From assembly GCA_963706445.1 (NCBI GenBank), contig OY970160.1, forward strand, positions 1,344,001-1,408,000: a stretch of 64,000 nucleotides of DNA, given 5' to 3'. The translations under genes and the position numbers were made by a program. Numbering within the stretch: the first letter of the stretch is position 1; each line of letters opens with the position of its first letter. The notes below the pieces were generated by a model. It saw only the letters and a list, made by a program, of their open reading frames with translations. It was not told where the DNA came from and ran no database searches. The stretch is from an uncultured Nitrososphaerales archaeon. GTDB lineage: Archaea > Thermoproteota > Nitrososphaeria > Nitrososphaerales > Gagatemarchaeaceae. This document shows, one piece after another, positions 1 to 8,128 of this stretch.

Positions 1-844
1 GTGCCTGCCTGATTATCTTCACAGACTCCCTCATGTCGAGCAATGCGACGTAGGCTCTCGCCCAGGAGTCCCCCTGGGTCAGGACGGGGGTCTTGAACTC
101 GAAATCCTCGTATGAGCTGTAGGGCTCGTCCTTCCTGACGTCGAATGTCAGCCCCGACGCCCTGGCGACGGTCCCGGTCGCCCCCAATGCGATGGCGTCC
201 TCCCTGGAAAGGACCCCCACCCGGTCCGAGCGCTGGTGGACCATGGGGTTCTGGAAGAATATCTTCTCGTACTCGTCCATCCTCTTTTCGAACCAGTCGC
301 AGGTCTTGAGCCCCTTGTCTATGGCATACTGGGGGATGTCGTTCCTAACCCCGCCGGGGATCACGTATGCGAAGGTGACCCTGGCGCCTCCGATCCTTTC
401 GGCGAAGTCTATCCAAAAGTCCCTGTCCCCCATGCACCAGGTGATCATGGTGGTGTGACCCATGAAGTACCCCTGGATGGCGAGGAAGTACATGTGGGAG
501 ATTATGCGGTTGGCCTCGGACATTATCACGCGGAGGTACTGACCGCGGGGAGGGATCTTGTTGTTCATCAGCTCGTCCACGCCCAACGAGTAGGCGAAGA
601 GTATGTTCGAGCTGTCGAGGATTACCGGTCTCTCCAGGTGAGGGACGTTCTGGATGTAGTTCCTGTATTCGCTCATCTTCTCCTCCCCGCGGTGGACATA
701 GCCCGGGTCCGGCTCGGACCTGACGACGTAGTCCCCGTCGAGCCAGAGCTTGATCCTGAAGTGGCCTGCTCCGGGGTGCTGGGGGCCCAGGGACACGGAC
801 ATTATACGTTCCGAGTCTGGCGAGTATTCTGAGACGGCTGTCAT
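1..844 (-). CDS. nuoD: NADH-quinone oxidoreductase subunit D (5' part; runs off the window edge)
   Basis: Not in the ORF track. Manual translation from ATG at 844 gives MTAVSEYSPDSERIMSVSLGPQHPGAGHFRIKLWLDGDYVVRSEPDPGYVHRGEEK, with the NuoD motifs GPQHP and GYxHRGxEK; it follows nuoC. Confidence 0.93.
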   Translation of the reverse strand, partial: MTAVSEYSPDSERIMSVSLGPQHPGAGHFRIKLWLDGDYVVRSEPDPGYVHRGEEKMSEYRNYIQNVPHLERPVILDSSNILFAYSLGVDELMNNKIPPRGQYLRVIMSEANRIISHMYFLAIQGYFMGHTTMITWCMGDRDFWIDFAERIGGARVTFAYVIPGGVRNDIPQYAIDKGLKTCDWFEKRMDEYEKIFFQNPMVHQRSDRVGVLSREDAIALGATGTVARASGLTFDVRKDEPYSSYEDFEFKTPVLTQGDSWARAYVALLDMRESVKIIRQA

Positions 845-848
845 GCTG

Positions 849-1451
849 TCATCTCCCTGGCGAGACGTAGTCCTTGCGGAGAGGGGGTAAGTCGTTCCAG
901 TCTTCGGGGAGGAATATGTGGCTCTGGTCGGGGTGCCCCTGGAAGTTGATCCCGAACATCTCGTGGGTCTCCCGCTCGGAGTATTCCGCTCCTCTCCAGA
1001 CGTCGATAAGTGTGGGGACCACCGGGTTCTCCCTGGGGATGCGCTCGGAGACCGCGAGTATGAAGTCCTCCTGGCCGGGGATGGACGAGCCGACGAAGTA
1101 GACGACCTCGAGCTCGTTCTTGGCGATCCAGTCGACCCCGCTGACGGTGCTGATGTGGTCGAAGCCGAGGGAGTCCCTCACGAACAGGCCGAGCTCCTTG
1201 ATCCTCGTCTGGGTCGTGGTCACCTTGAGGCGGCGCTCCTTCATCCATTCGATTTTGGCGTCGGGGAAGCGCGAGGAGATCTGTGCGGCGAATGCCTTCG
1301 CCCGTACCGGTTCTGGTTTCGGCGGAGTCGGGGTCGCCTGCACCGGGGGTGCGGCCGCAGGTTTCTGTGGGGGAAGCGGGGCTGTGGCTGGCTGTGCGGG
1401 TGCGGCTGGCTTTGGAGGAGCTGTTGGCCCGGGAGCCTCTGTCTTGCTCAT
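849..1451 (-). CDS. nuoC: NADH-quinone oxidoreductase subunit C with Pro/Ala-rich N-terminal extension
   Basis: Motifs ERETHEMFGINFQGHP and PPLRKDY; lies between nuoB and nuoD. Confidence 0.93.
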   Translation of the reverse strand: MSKTEAPGPTAPPKPAAPAQPATAPLPPQKPAAAPPVQATPTPPKPEPVRAKAFAAQISSRFPDAKIEWMKERRLKVTTTQTRIKELGLFVRDSLGFDHISTVSGVDWIAKNELEVVYFVGSSIPGQEDFILAVSERIPRENPVVPTLIDVWRGAEYSERETHEMFGINFQGHPDQSHIFLPEDWNDLPPLRKDYVSPGR

Positions 1452-1458
1452 CAGGTTG

Positions 1459-1986
1459 TCACCGGCCGCTGAGCGTCGGCATCTTGCGGATCTTTTCCTG
1501 GAGAAGCACCAGACCCTGGATGAGGGCCTCGGCCCGCGGGGGGCAGCCGGGGACGTAGACGTCGACGGGTATTATGTCGTCGATGCCGCGGAGGACGTTG
1601 TAAGAGTCGAAGTAGAGCCCCCCAGTGATGGAGCAGGCGCCCATGGCGATTACCCACTTCGGCTCGGCCATCTGGTCGTAGATGAGCTTCAGCCTCGGGG
1701 CGAGTTTGCGGGTGACAGTCCCCATGACAATGATCAGGTCGCAGGCGCGGAGGGAGCCGAACGCCTCCAATGTTCCGAAGCGCTCGATGTCGAACCTGGA
1801 GCCGGCGGCCGCCCCAACCTCGACGCTGCAGCAGGCCGTCTCAAGGTGGACAGGCCAGAGCGAGTAGAGGCGTCCCCAGTTGGCGAGGTAGCGCATGGGG
1901 TCCCCGATGGCGTACTGGAGGACGTCATCGATCTTCCCGACGAGGACCTGGAAGGCGCCGTCCTTCTGCTGCTGGGCGACTACCAA
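1459..1986 (-). CDS. nuoB: NADH-quinone oxidoreductase subunit B
   Basis: N2-cluster motifs TACCSVE, AMGACSITGG, VDVYVPGCPPR. Confidence 0.96.
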   Translation of the reverse strand: MVVAQQQKDGAFQVLVGKIDDVLQYAIGDPMRYLANWGRLYSLWPVHLETACCSVEVGAAAGSRFDIERFGTLEAFGSLRACDLIIVMGTVTRKLAPRLKLIYDQMAEPKWVIAMGACSITGGLYFDSYNVLRGIDDIIPVDVYVPGCPPRAEALIQGLVLLQEKIRKMPTLSGR

Positions 1987-2360
1987 ATCTCACGCCTCCC
2001 GGCTAACACTAGTGCAAAGGCCATGGGGATGAAGAGCATCCCGATGAAGAGGGTGACGATCCAGTCGGAGGCGAGGCCCAGGGCCGCGGGCTTGTAGGCG
2101 GCTGCCCAGGCGTAGAGGAACATGCCGAGAACGTCGAAGACTATGAACATCAGGAGGTAGGCGTAGTACTGCATCATGAAGTGCATCTTCCCGGCCCCCC
2201 GGGGGACCTGGCCGCTCTCGAAGGGGAGGTTCTTGATGGGGTTGGGGCGCTTGGGACCGAAGAGGATCGGAAGCAGGACGGTCGGCACAGTGAAGGCTAC
2301 TCCCACCAGGGCCATGATGAAAACCATCCCGATGTCCCCGAAGAGCATCTGAAACATCAC
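1980..2360 (-). CDS. nuoA: NADH-quinone oxidoreductase subunit A
   Basis: Three TM helices; motifs PFESG and YYAYLLMFIVFDV. Start may be ATG 2357 or 2348. Confidence 0.93.
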   Translation of the reverse strand: MMFQMLFGDIGMVFIMALVGVAFTVPTVLLPILFGPKRPNPIKNLPFESGQVPRGAGKMHFMMQYYAYLLMFIVFDVLGMFLYAWAAAYKPAALGLASDWIVTLFIGMLFIPMAFALVLAGRREIW

Positions 2361-2422
2361 GACCCGTTTACGCTATTTAAGATTGGTGTCAAAATCTGAA
2401 ATGTGAGAAGAAACTAGAGGGT

Positions 2423-2848
2423 TCAGTCTCCGCCGTGGACTTCTTCCGCCTCCTCATTGAGGAAGCTCTGGAGGAGCTTCGCCTCCCGGAAGAAATCGCG
2501 GATAGAAAGGACCCCGAACAAGGTTCCGTCGTCGTTCTCCACCACAAGGTGGCGTATCCCGTTATCCATCATCAGGCGGACGGCCTTTGACGCCCGGTCC
2601 GAGCGCTTCACGCTGACGAGCTTCTTCGTGGCGATTGTGTCGAGCTGGGCGCTGAGCGCAGTCCCCTTGGCCACGGCCCTGACGACGTCTCTCTCCGAGA
2701 TTACGGCCTGGGCCTTCACCGGGCTGACCGAAGTGGCGACCACCAGGAGCCCAATCTTCTCCCTGGCGAACACCTCGGCGGCCTGGCGGATTGTGGCGCC
2801 CGGGCTAATCGTGACAGGGGTCTTCCGTATCAGGGCTTCGACCCTCAT
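2423..2848 (-). CDS. CBS-domain pair protein
   Basis: Two CBS repeats (ISERDVVRA; GIRHLVV...GVLSIRD); ATGA overlap with the citrate synthase stop. Confidence 0.88.
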   Translation of the reverse strand: MRVEALIRKTPVTISPGATIRQAAEVFAREKIGLLVVATSVSPVKAQAVISERDVVRAVAKGTALSAQLDTIATKKLVSVKRSDRASKAVRLMMDNGIRHLVVENDDGTLFGVLSIRDFFREAKLLQSFLNEEAEEVHGGD

Positions 2849-4089
2849 CCCTTCACGACCGGGGACGAGGTCCTCTTCTCGATTGGGATGTATTCGGCTC
2901 TGGTAGGACCGATGTACTCGGCCCTTGGCCTGATCAAGCGGTTGTCAGCGTACTGCTCGAGGATGTGGGCGAGCCAGCCGGGGGAGCGGCCCACGGCGAA
3001 GACAGGTGTGAAGAGGTAGCTTGGGATGCCGACGTGGTTGAGCGCCAGCCCGGAGTAGAGGTCGACGTTGGGGTACAGGTTCTTCCAGGTCTTCATCATC
3101 TCTTCGGTCTTCTCCAGGATCTGGAAGACGCGCTTCTCCTTCTCGCTCTTGATGAACTTGTGGGCCATTTCCTTCAGGACAGCGGCCCTGGGATCCATGG
3201 TCTTGTAGACCCTGTGCCCGAAGCCCATGACCTTCTGCCTCTTAGCGAGCATCGCGTCAAGATATGACTCGGCGTTCTCCGGGTTGCCTATCTCGATGGT
3301 CATCTCGATGACCTTTTCGTTTGCGCCTCCGTGGAGAGGCCCCTTCAGGGCCCCGACGGCGCCCGTCACAGCCGAGTAGACGTCGGATAGGGTCGAGGCG
3401 ATGACGCGGGCCGTGAACGTGGAGGCGTTCAGCTCGTGGTCGGCGTGGAGTATTAGCAGGGCGTCCATGATGCGGGCGTCCTCCTTCGATGGGACTGCGC
3501 CCGTCGTCATGTATAGCAGGTTGGCCGAGTAGCCCAGGTCGTCCCTGGGGGCGATGATCTCCTGGTTGTGCTTCAGCCTGTGGATGGCGGCGACGATGGT
3601 CCCGATCTTTGCCGCGATCGACTGGGCCTTTTCCTGCGGGGTGTACATCGGATCGTCGAAGATGCCAAGGGCGGCGGTCCCGACCCTCAGAGCGTCCATT
3701 CCGTCGCAATTGGCCGGGAGGCTCCGCATGATCGAAAGGACCCCTTCGGGGACGGCGCGCTTTGAATAGAGTTCAGAGCTGAATGCGTGGAGCTCCAATG
3801 CGGTCGGAAGATGCCCGTTCCAGAGCAGGAATGTGGTCTCCTCGTAGGTCGAATTGGGCGCCAAGTCGACTATGTCGTACCCGCGGTAGAGCAATCTGCC
3901 TTCCTGGCCGTCGATGAAGCAGATTGAGCTCTGGCCGGTGACGACGTCCTCTAGTCCCTTGGACTGCGTGACAAGCCGGTGAATCACCTGGTCGAGCGGC
4001 TCCCCCCACTTGGCGAGGGCGACGAGCTTCGCATGAGTGTCCTCGCTGACCTTCACGACCTTCGATGCTGACTGCTGCTGTTTTGCCAA
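2845..4089 (-). CDS. gltA: Citrate synthase (citrate/2-methylcitrate synthase family) with N-terminal RHH-like extension
   Basis: Catalytic motifs GPLHGGANE, GFGHRVY and PNVD are intact; the core starts at KGLEDVV; about 42 extra N-terminal residues resemble a ribbon-helix-helix domain. Confidence 0.93.
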   Translation of the reverse strand: MAKQQQSASKVVKVSEDTHAKLVALAKWGEPLDQVIHRLVTQSKGLEDVVTGQSSICFIDGQEGRLLYRGYDIVDLAPNSTYEETTFLLWNGHLPTALELHAFSSELYSKRAVPEGVLSIMRSLPANCDGMDALRVGTAALGIFDDPMYTPQEKAQSIAAKIGTIVAAIHRLKHNQEIIAPRDDLGYSANLLYMTTGAVPSKEDARIMDALLILHADHELNASTFTARVIASTLSDVYSAVTGAVGALKGPLHGGANEKVIEMTIEIGNPENAESYLDAMLAKRQKVMGFGHRVYKTMDPRAAVLKEMAHKFIKSEKEKRVFQILEKTEEMMKTWKNLYPNVDLYSGLALNHVGIPSYLFTPVFAVGRSPGWLAHILEQYADNRLIRPRAEYIGPTRAEYIPIEKRTSSPVVKG

Positions 4090-4097
4090 TCTGGTTG

Positions 4098-4125
4098 CCT
4101 AGGTATACTTGGGTTACTTAATATA
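4098..4125 (-). promoter_or_regulatory. Putative promoter of the citrate synthase-CBS operon: TATA box (4118-4125) plus an imperfect palindrome (4098-4113)
   Basis: Minus-strand TATATTAA about 30 nt upstream of the TTG start; CCTAGGTATACTTGGG (12/16 self-complementary, core GTATAC) lies between the TATA box and the start. Confidence 0.5.
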
Positions 4126-4311
4126 TGAACATTCGGTTCGGGGCTGACCCATTAGGGACGTTGCGTCCGTCGAATGATCAGTCTTGGATTGGCAGGACCC
4201 GGCGCGGACAGTCTTGTCTGAGCGGGTACTTTGTCGGGATCTGGCCATGAATTTCAATCGACAAGTAGAAAAGCGCGGTGAAGCGGCGGGACACCAACGG
4301 TCTCTAGTCAT

Positions 4312-5322
4312 TTGAAATTGGCTGTCGTCGGCGCGGGGGTCGCGGGGGCGTATCTGTTGAACCGGCTTCCCGCGGGAGTCGAAGCCGAGGCCTTCGAGAT
4401 GCGCACCGAGAAGAACTGGTACACGGTGTGCGCCTGGGGGACCAGCGAGCCGTTCATCAAAGACATGGTAAAGCAGGCGGGGTTCAACTTCGACGACTAT
4501 GTCCTGCACAGGGGAAAGAAGATGCTGGTGGACCTCGGGGACGAGGAGATCAGCATCAACCTCAGAGGGCTGGTAACCTACGACAAGCACAGGCTCACCG
4601 AGGACATGCTGAAGGGGAAGAAGGTACACTGGGGCGCTCAGATGAAGGAGGCCAACGGGAACTTTTCGGGGTTCGACACCGTCGTAGACGCGACGGGGCT
4701 GCAAAGGTCGCTGCTTCCAAAGGTCAAAGAGGACCTCGTCATCCCATCGCTCGAGTACCAGGTGAAGTCGAAGGAGCTCCCATACGACGACTTTGTGATT
4801 CGGCCGTACCCTGGGCTGACGGGGTATTGGTGGTGGTTCCCCCTCGGGGACGGGATGGGGCACGTGGGGGCAGGGGACCTCAGGGGGAGGTACCGCTACG
4901 AGCTCGACGAGTTCGTGAAGAAGTACCACTGCGAGGTCATCAGGAAGATAGGGAGGCCGGTGAGGGTCACGCCCCCCAGGCTCATGGAGCCATTCTTTGA
5001 CGGCAAGGTCGTCGGAGTTGGGGAGAGCATAGGCACGGTCTACCCGATGCTGGGAGAGGGGATCATACCGAGCATGCAGTGCGCGAACCTTTTCGTCGAC
5101 CACATCGGCGACAGGGAGGGGTACAGGAAGGCAGTCCTGGACCACTACGAAATCTACGGCAAGGTGTACGACTTTGTGAAGGCGAAGATCGATGGCACGT
5201 TCAGCCTGATGAGGATGTGGCCGACCCTGCTCTCCATCTTCTGGTACATGCGTGGGAACGAGAGGCGTTACGGGCTGCAGACGAAGATGTCCGATTTCTA
5301 CAAGATCGTGACGAGGCTGTAG
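4312..5322 (+). CDS. FAD-dependent oxidoreductase, geranylgeranyl reductase-like
   Basis: N-terminal GAGVAG Rossmann motif, GYWWWFP, and VGESIG...PMLGEGI motifs typical of the GGR family. Confidence 0.75.
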   Translation: MKLAVVGAGVAGAYLLNRLPAGVEAEAFEMRTEKNWYTVCAWGTSEPFIKDMVKQAGFNFDDYVLHRGKKMLVDLGDEEISINLRGLVTYDKHRLTEDMLKGKKVHWGAQMKEANGNFSGFDTVVDATGLQRSLLPKVKEDLVIPSLEYQVKSKELPYDDFVIRPYPGLTGYWWWFPLGDGMGHVGAGDLRGRYRYELDEFVKKYHCEVIRKIGRPVRVTPPRLMEPFFDGKVVGVGESIGTVYPMLGEGIIPSMQCANLFVDHIGDREGYRKAVLDHYEIYGKVYDFVKAKIDGTFSLMRMWPTLLSIFWYMRGNERRYGLQTKMSDFYKIVTRL

Positions 5323-5775
5323 ATGAGCTCAGAAGAGACCAGGACACATACGGCACTGCACATCGTCAAGGGGGCGGAGGAGAGGGTCCTAGGGGGGAAG
5401 AAGACTGCTTCGGTCTATGTTTCCGGGCCCCACGGGAGGCTGACGGTCCAGCTCGAGAGGAAACCCACAGACGAAGAGATGGCAAGTGTCGAGAAGGCGG
5501 CCAACGACAAGATTGCGGAGGGGTCCGAGGTGCTGGAGTTCGAGATGGAGAAGGAGGAGGCTGAGGGGCACTTTGGGAACGCGATCTACGACCTGTTCCC
5601 ATTGCCCCCCGGTGCAGCTAGGCTCAAGATGGTCAGGATACCGGACTGGAACATCAACTGCTGCAACGAGAGGCATGTGGAGAACACCCTCCAGGTGGGG
5701 AAGATCCGCCTGGGAAAGCCGAGATACAGGAACTCGAAGAGGGAGCTCGAAATCGAGTTCGACCTGCTGGAGTAG
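5323..5775 (+). CDS. alaXS: Free-standing alanyl-tRNA editing protein (AlaX-S type)
   Basis: HTALH (HxxxH) and CNERH (CxxxH) zinc-site motifs in a 150-aa protein. Confidence 0.85.
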   Translation: MSSEETRTHTALHIVKGAEERVLGGKKTASVYVSGPHGRLTVQLERKPTDEEMASVEKAANDKIAEGSEVLEFEMEKEEAEGHFGNAIYDLFPLPPGAARLKMVRIPDWNINCCNERHVENTLQVGKIRLGKPRYRNSKRELEIEFDLLE

Positions 5776-5812
5776 GAACAGGTAATATTCCGGTTCTTTG
5801 CGGCTCCCGCTT

Positions 5813-5936
5813 GGGCCCGTAGCGCAGTACGGACAGCGCGGCAGACTCAACGAGGTCGAGCCTCCTATCCGTCTGAAGACAGCTGTAGTGAGCCTTGAGC
5901 TCGCAGAGGTCGTGCGTTCAAATCGCACCGGGCCCG
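5813..5936 (+). tRNA. tRNA-Arg(CCT) with three introns (about 29/30-30/31, 37/38 and the variable loop)
   Basis: Acceptor GGGCCCG/CGGGCCC, D stem GCGC/GCGC, T arm GTGCG-TTCAAAT-CGCAC. Removing 16 nt (about 5845-5860), 13 nt (5868-5880) and 20 nt (about 5887-5906) gives a 75-nt cloverleaf with anticodon arm GCAGC-CTCCTAA-GCTGT. Confidence 0.85.
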
Positions 5937-6243
5937 CGTTTTGCTATCTAATGGCGGGCGTAGAATTCTGCGACTGCCCTGAATGACTCCTTCGGCTCCC
6001 ACGGCATGTCCGGATAGGTCGCCCCGTGCCTGCCGCCCGAACCTTCGGGTAGAGCCTCATGGGAACACCGAATCACGGTCTGAAGAGTTTGAACCAGATC
6101 CGACTCGTGTTTTCTTGGGCGGGTATTAGTTCAATTTCGACCAAATCCCCGTTGATCGCAATCCGCACGTCAGTGACAGCCCCGACAATGAGTTCCTGTC
6201 TCTTCCCTTCGGGAAGCGGACCTGCACTCGGCACCGCGTCTCT

Positions 6244-6990
6244 TCACCTCCACTTCGTAAGGATCTCCTCTCTGCGGAATGTCGTCCTTGAGACGAAGAA
6301 GAGGAGCACGTCTACCACAAGGAGGGCGCCCAAGATTATCAAGTAGGCGGACGTCGAGCCGAGGTCGATGATGTCCAGCTCTCCGGCTACGTAAAGCCCG
6401 GCGAAGGGCAGGATCGTAAGAACTCCAATCTGTTGACCGGACCGGACGTCGCTTATCCTAGATGAGACGATCACGTTCACCTGGACGCTCAGCAGAGCTG
6501 CTAGGGGGACCAGGGTGAGGAGTGGGGTGACTGCGTCCCAATTGGGGAAGTAGTAGTAACCCAGCGTACTGTGAGTCGTAACATCCATGTAAGTCATGAA
6601 GACAGTCGCCCCTCCCAAGACTGCTATCAAGGGCGGGAGGAACGCGGCGATCCCTTTTCCAAGAAGGATCTCGCCGTCCGTCGTTGGAGTTGCCAATAGT
6701 GGCTCCAAGCTCTTCTCGACCTTCTCGCCCACAATGGTGTAGGATGCGATGGGCGTCGGGATATAGGCCGCAAGGATCACGAAGAAGAAGAGAAAAGCGG
6801 GAAGAAGTACCATGAGCTCCGAAGCCGGAATTCCGTTCGCGCCGTTCTTGTGACCTGCAAAGTTGATCACGGTAGGGATGAGGATGGCGACGATCAGCGG
6901 GGTCACCACCAGAGAGTAGATTATGTTCCTCTTCTTCCTGTACGTCTTGAAGTCCTTCGAAGCGATAATCCACGACTTCGAGAGTCTCAT
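6244..6990 (-). CDS. ABC-2 type transporter permease
   Basis: Six TM helices; IVGEKVEKSLEPLLATP motif; overlaps the ATPase stop. Confidence 0.88.
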   Translation of the reverse strand: MRLSKSWIIASKDFKTYRKKRNIIYSLVVTPLIVAILIPTVINFAGHKNGANGIPASELMVLLPAFLFFFVILAAYIPTPIASYTIVGEKVEKSLEPLLATPTTDGEILLGKGIAAFLPPLIAVLGGATVFMTYMDVTTHSTLGYYYFPNWDAVTPLLTLVPLAALLSVQVNVIVSSRISDVRSGQQIGVLTILPFAGLYVAGELDIIDLGSTSAYLIILGALLVVDVLLFFVSRTTFRREEILTKWR

Positions 6991-7907
6991 TGGGCTTCCC
7001 TCACCAGCTTCAGGTAGGCGTCCTCCAAGGTGGAGCCGACTATGGTGACGGATTGAAGGTGGCCTCCAGCCCGGACTATCGCGTCCACGATAGCTGCATT
7101 CTCCTTCTCGGGGTCTTTCACATCGATGGTCAGTCTGTTGCCGACGACGACCAAGTTCCCGATCGGCAGCTTCCTCACAGCGGCAAGGATAACGTCGTTG
7201 GTCTGCTCGAGTTGGATTACAGTCTTCCTACCGCTCACCAACCGCTCGAGCTCGGTGGGGGTGCCGACCGCCATCAGCTTGGTGTTGAGTATCGCAATCC
7301 TGTCGCAGATCCTCTGGGCCTCGTCCAGGTTGTGGGTGTTCAGGAAGATCGTCTTCTTCTCCTTCTTTAGCTCGAGAATGAAGTCCCTGACTGTCTTCGA
7401 CGATTCCGGATCGAGATTAGCCGTCGGCTCGTCCATGAATAGTATCTCCGGATCGTGGATGAGAGAGCGCGCGATTGCGAGCTTCTGCTTCATCCCCTTG
7501 GAGAAGGTGCCTGCCGCGACGTCCTTCTTCTCCCATAATCCGAGCATCGTGAGGAACCTTTGGATGTTCTTCTTCCTCTGCGTCGCCGTGCAGTCGTAGA
7601 GCTTCCCGTAAAAGTCCAGGTTGTCGTAGGCGCTGAGGCTCTCGTAGAGGCCCACGTTGTCGGGGACGAGCCCGATTAGCTTCCTTATCTTGAGCGCATC
7701 AGCCTCTTTGCCTACGTCGTAGCCGCCCACATTTGCTTCCCCGCTGGTCTTTGATATCAGGCAGGAGAGCATCCTCACCGTGGTGGTCTTTCCCGCTCCG
7801 TTCGGTCCAAGGAAGCCGAAGACTTCGCCCTCCTCAACTCGGAAAGTCACGTCGTCGACTGCAGTAACATCGCCGAACTTCCTCGTCAGGTTTTTGGTCT
7901 CAATCAC
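6987..7907 (-). CDS. ABC transporter ATP-binding protein
   Basis: Walker A GPNGAGKTT, signature FSKGMKQK, Walker B LFMDEPT. Confidence 0.95.
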   Translation of the reverse strand: MIETKNLTRKFGDVTAVDDVTFRVEEGEVFGFLGPNGAGKTTTVRMLSCLISKTSGEANVGGYDVGKEADALKIRKLIGLVPDNVGLYESLSAYDNLDFYGKLYDCTATQRKKNIQRFLTMLGLWEKKDVAAGTFSKGMKQKLAIARSLIHDPEILFMDEPTANLDPESSKTVRDFILELKKEKKTIFLNTHNLDEAQRICDRIAILNTKLMAVGTPTELERLVSGRKTVIQLEQTNDVILAAVRKLPIGNLVVVGNRLTIDVKDPEKENAAIVDAIVRAGGHLQSVTIVGSTLEDAYLKLVREAQ

Positions 7908-8128
7908 AAAGAGCCCAGCTATTCCTGCCCGAACCTAGACCGGTAATTAAGACCTAGGCGTATTTCTTCCCTTCTGCCTTTCATCGGCTCGCTTCTCATC
8001 GTAAGCATCCTCGTGGGTGTTTTCGGGTTCGACTCCGGGGGCTACAGGGCCAGAGGGCCTGCCGTTACGAATTCGCGTTGACCAGCATCTGAAGGCCTTT
8101 CTTGGCCATTGACTGAACTCAATTTTTC

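Noticed and set aside
4172-4221. Possible C/D box sRNA (ATGATCA ... CTGA about 50 nt apart, with CAGTCTTG repeated)
   Set aside because: Box C is imperfect, there are no clear D'/C' boxes and I could not identify a guide target.
4114-5145. Long antisense and alternate-frame ORFs (e.g. 4114-5145 minus, 1120-2097 plus, 55083-56387 plus, 39962-40825 minus)
   Set aside because: They shadow well-supported genes, have no motifs and are expected in high-GC coding DNA.
7950-8090. GGGTTCGACTCC T-loop-like motif and a short hydrophobic reading frame
   Set aside because: No complete T stem, acceptor stem or match to the nearby tRNA-Arg; at best an unidentifiable gene remnant.
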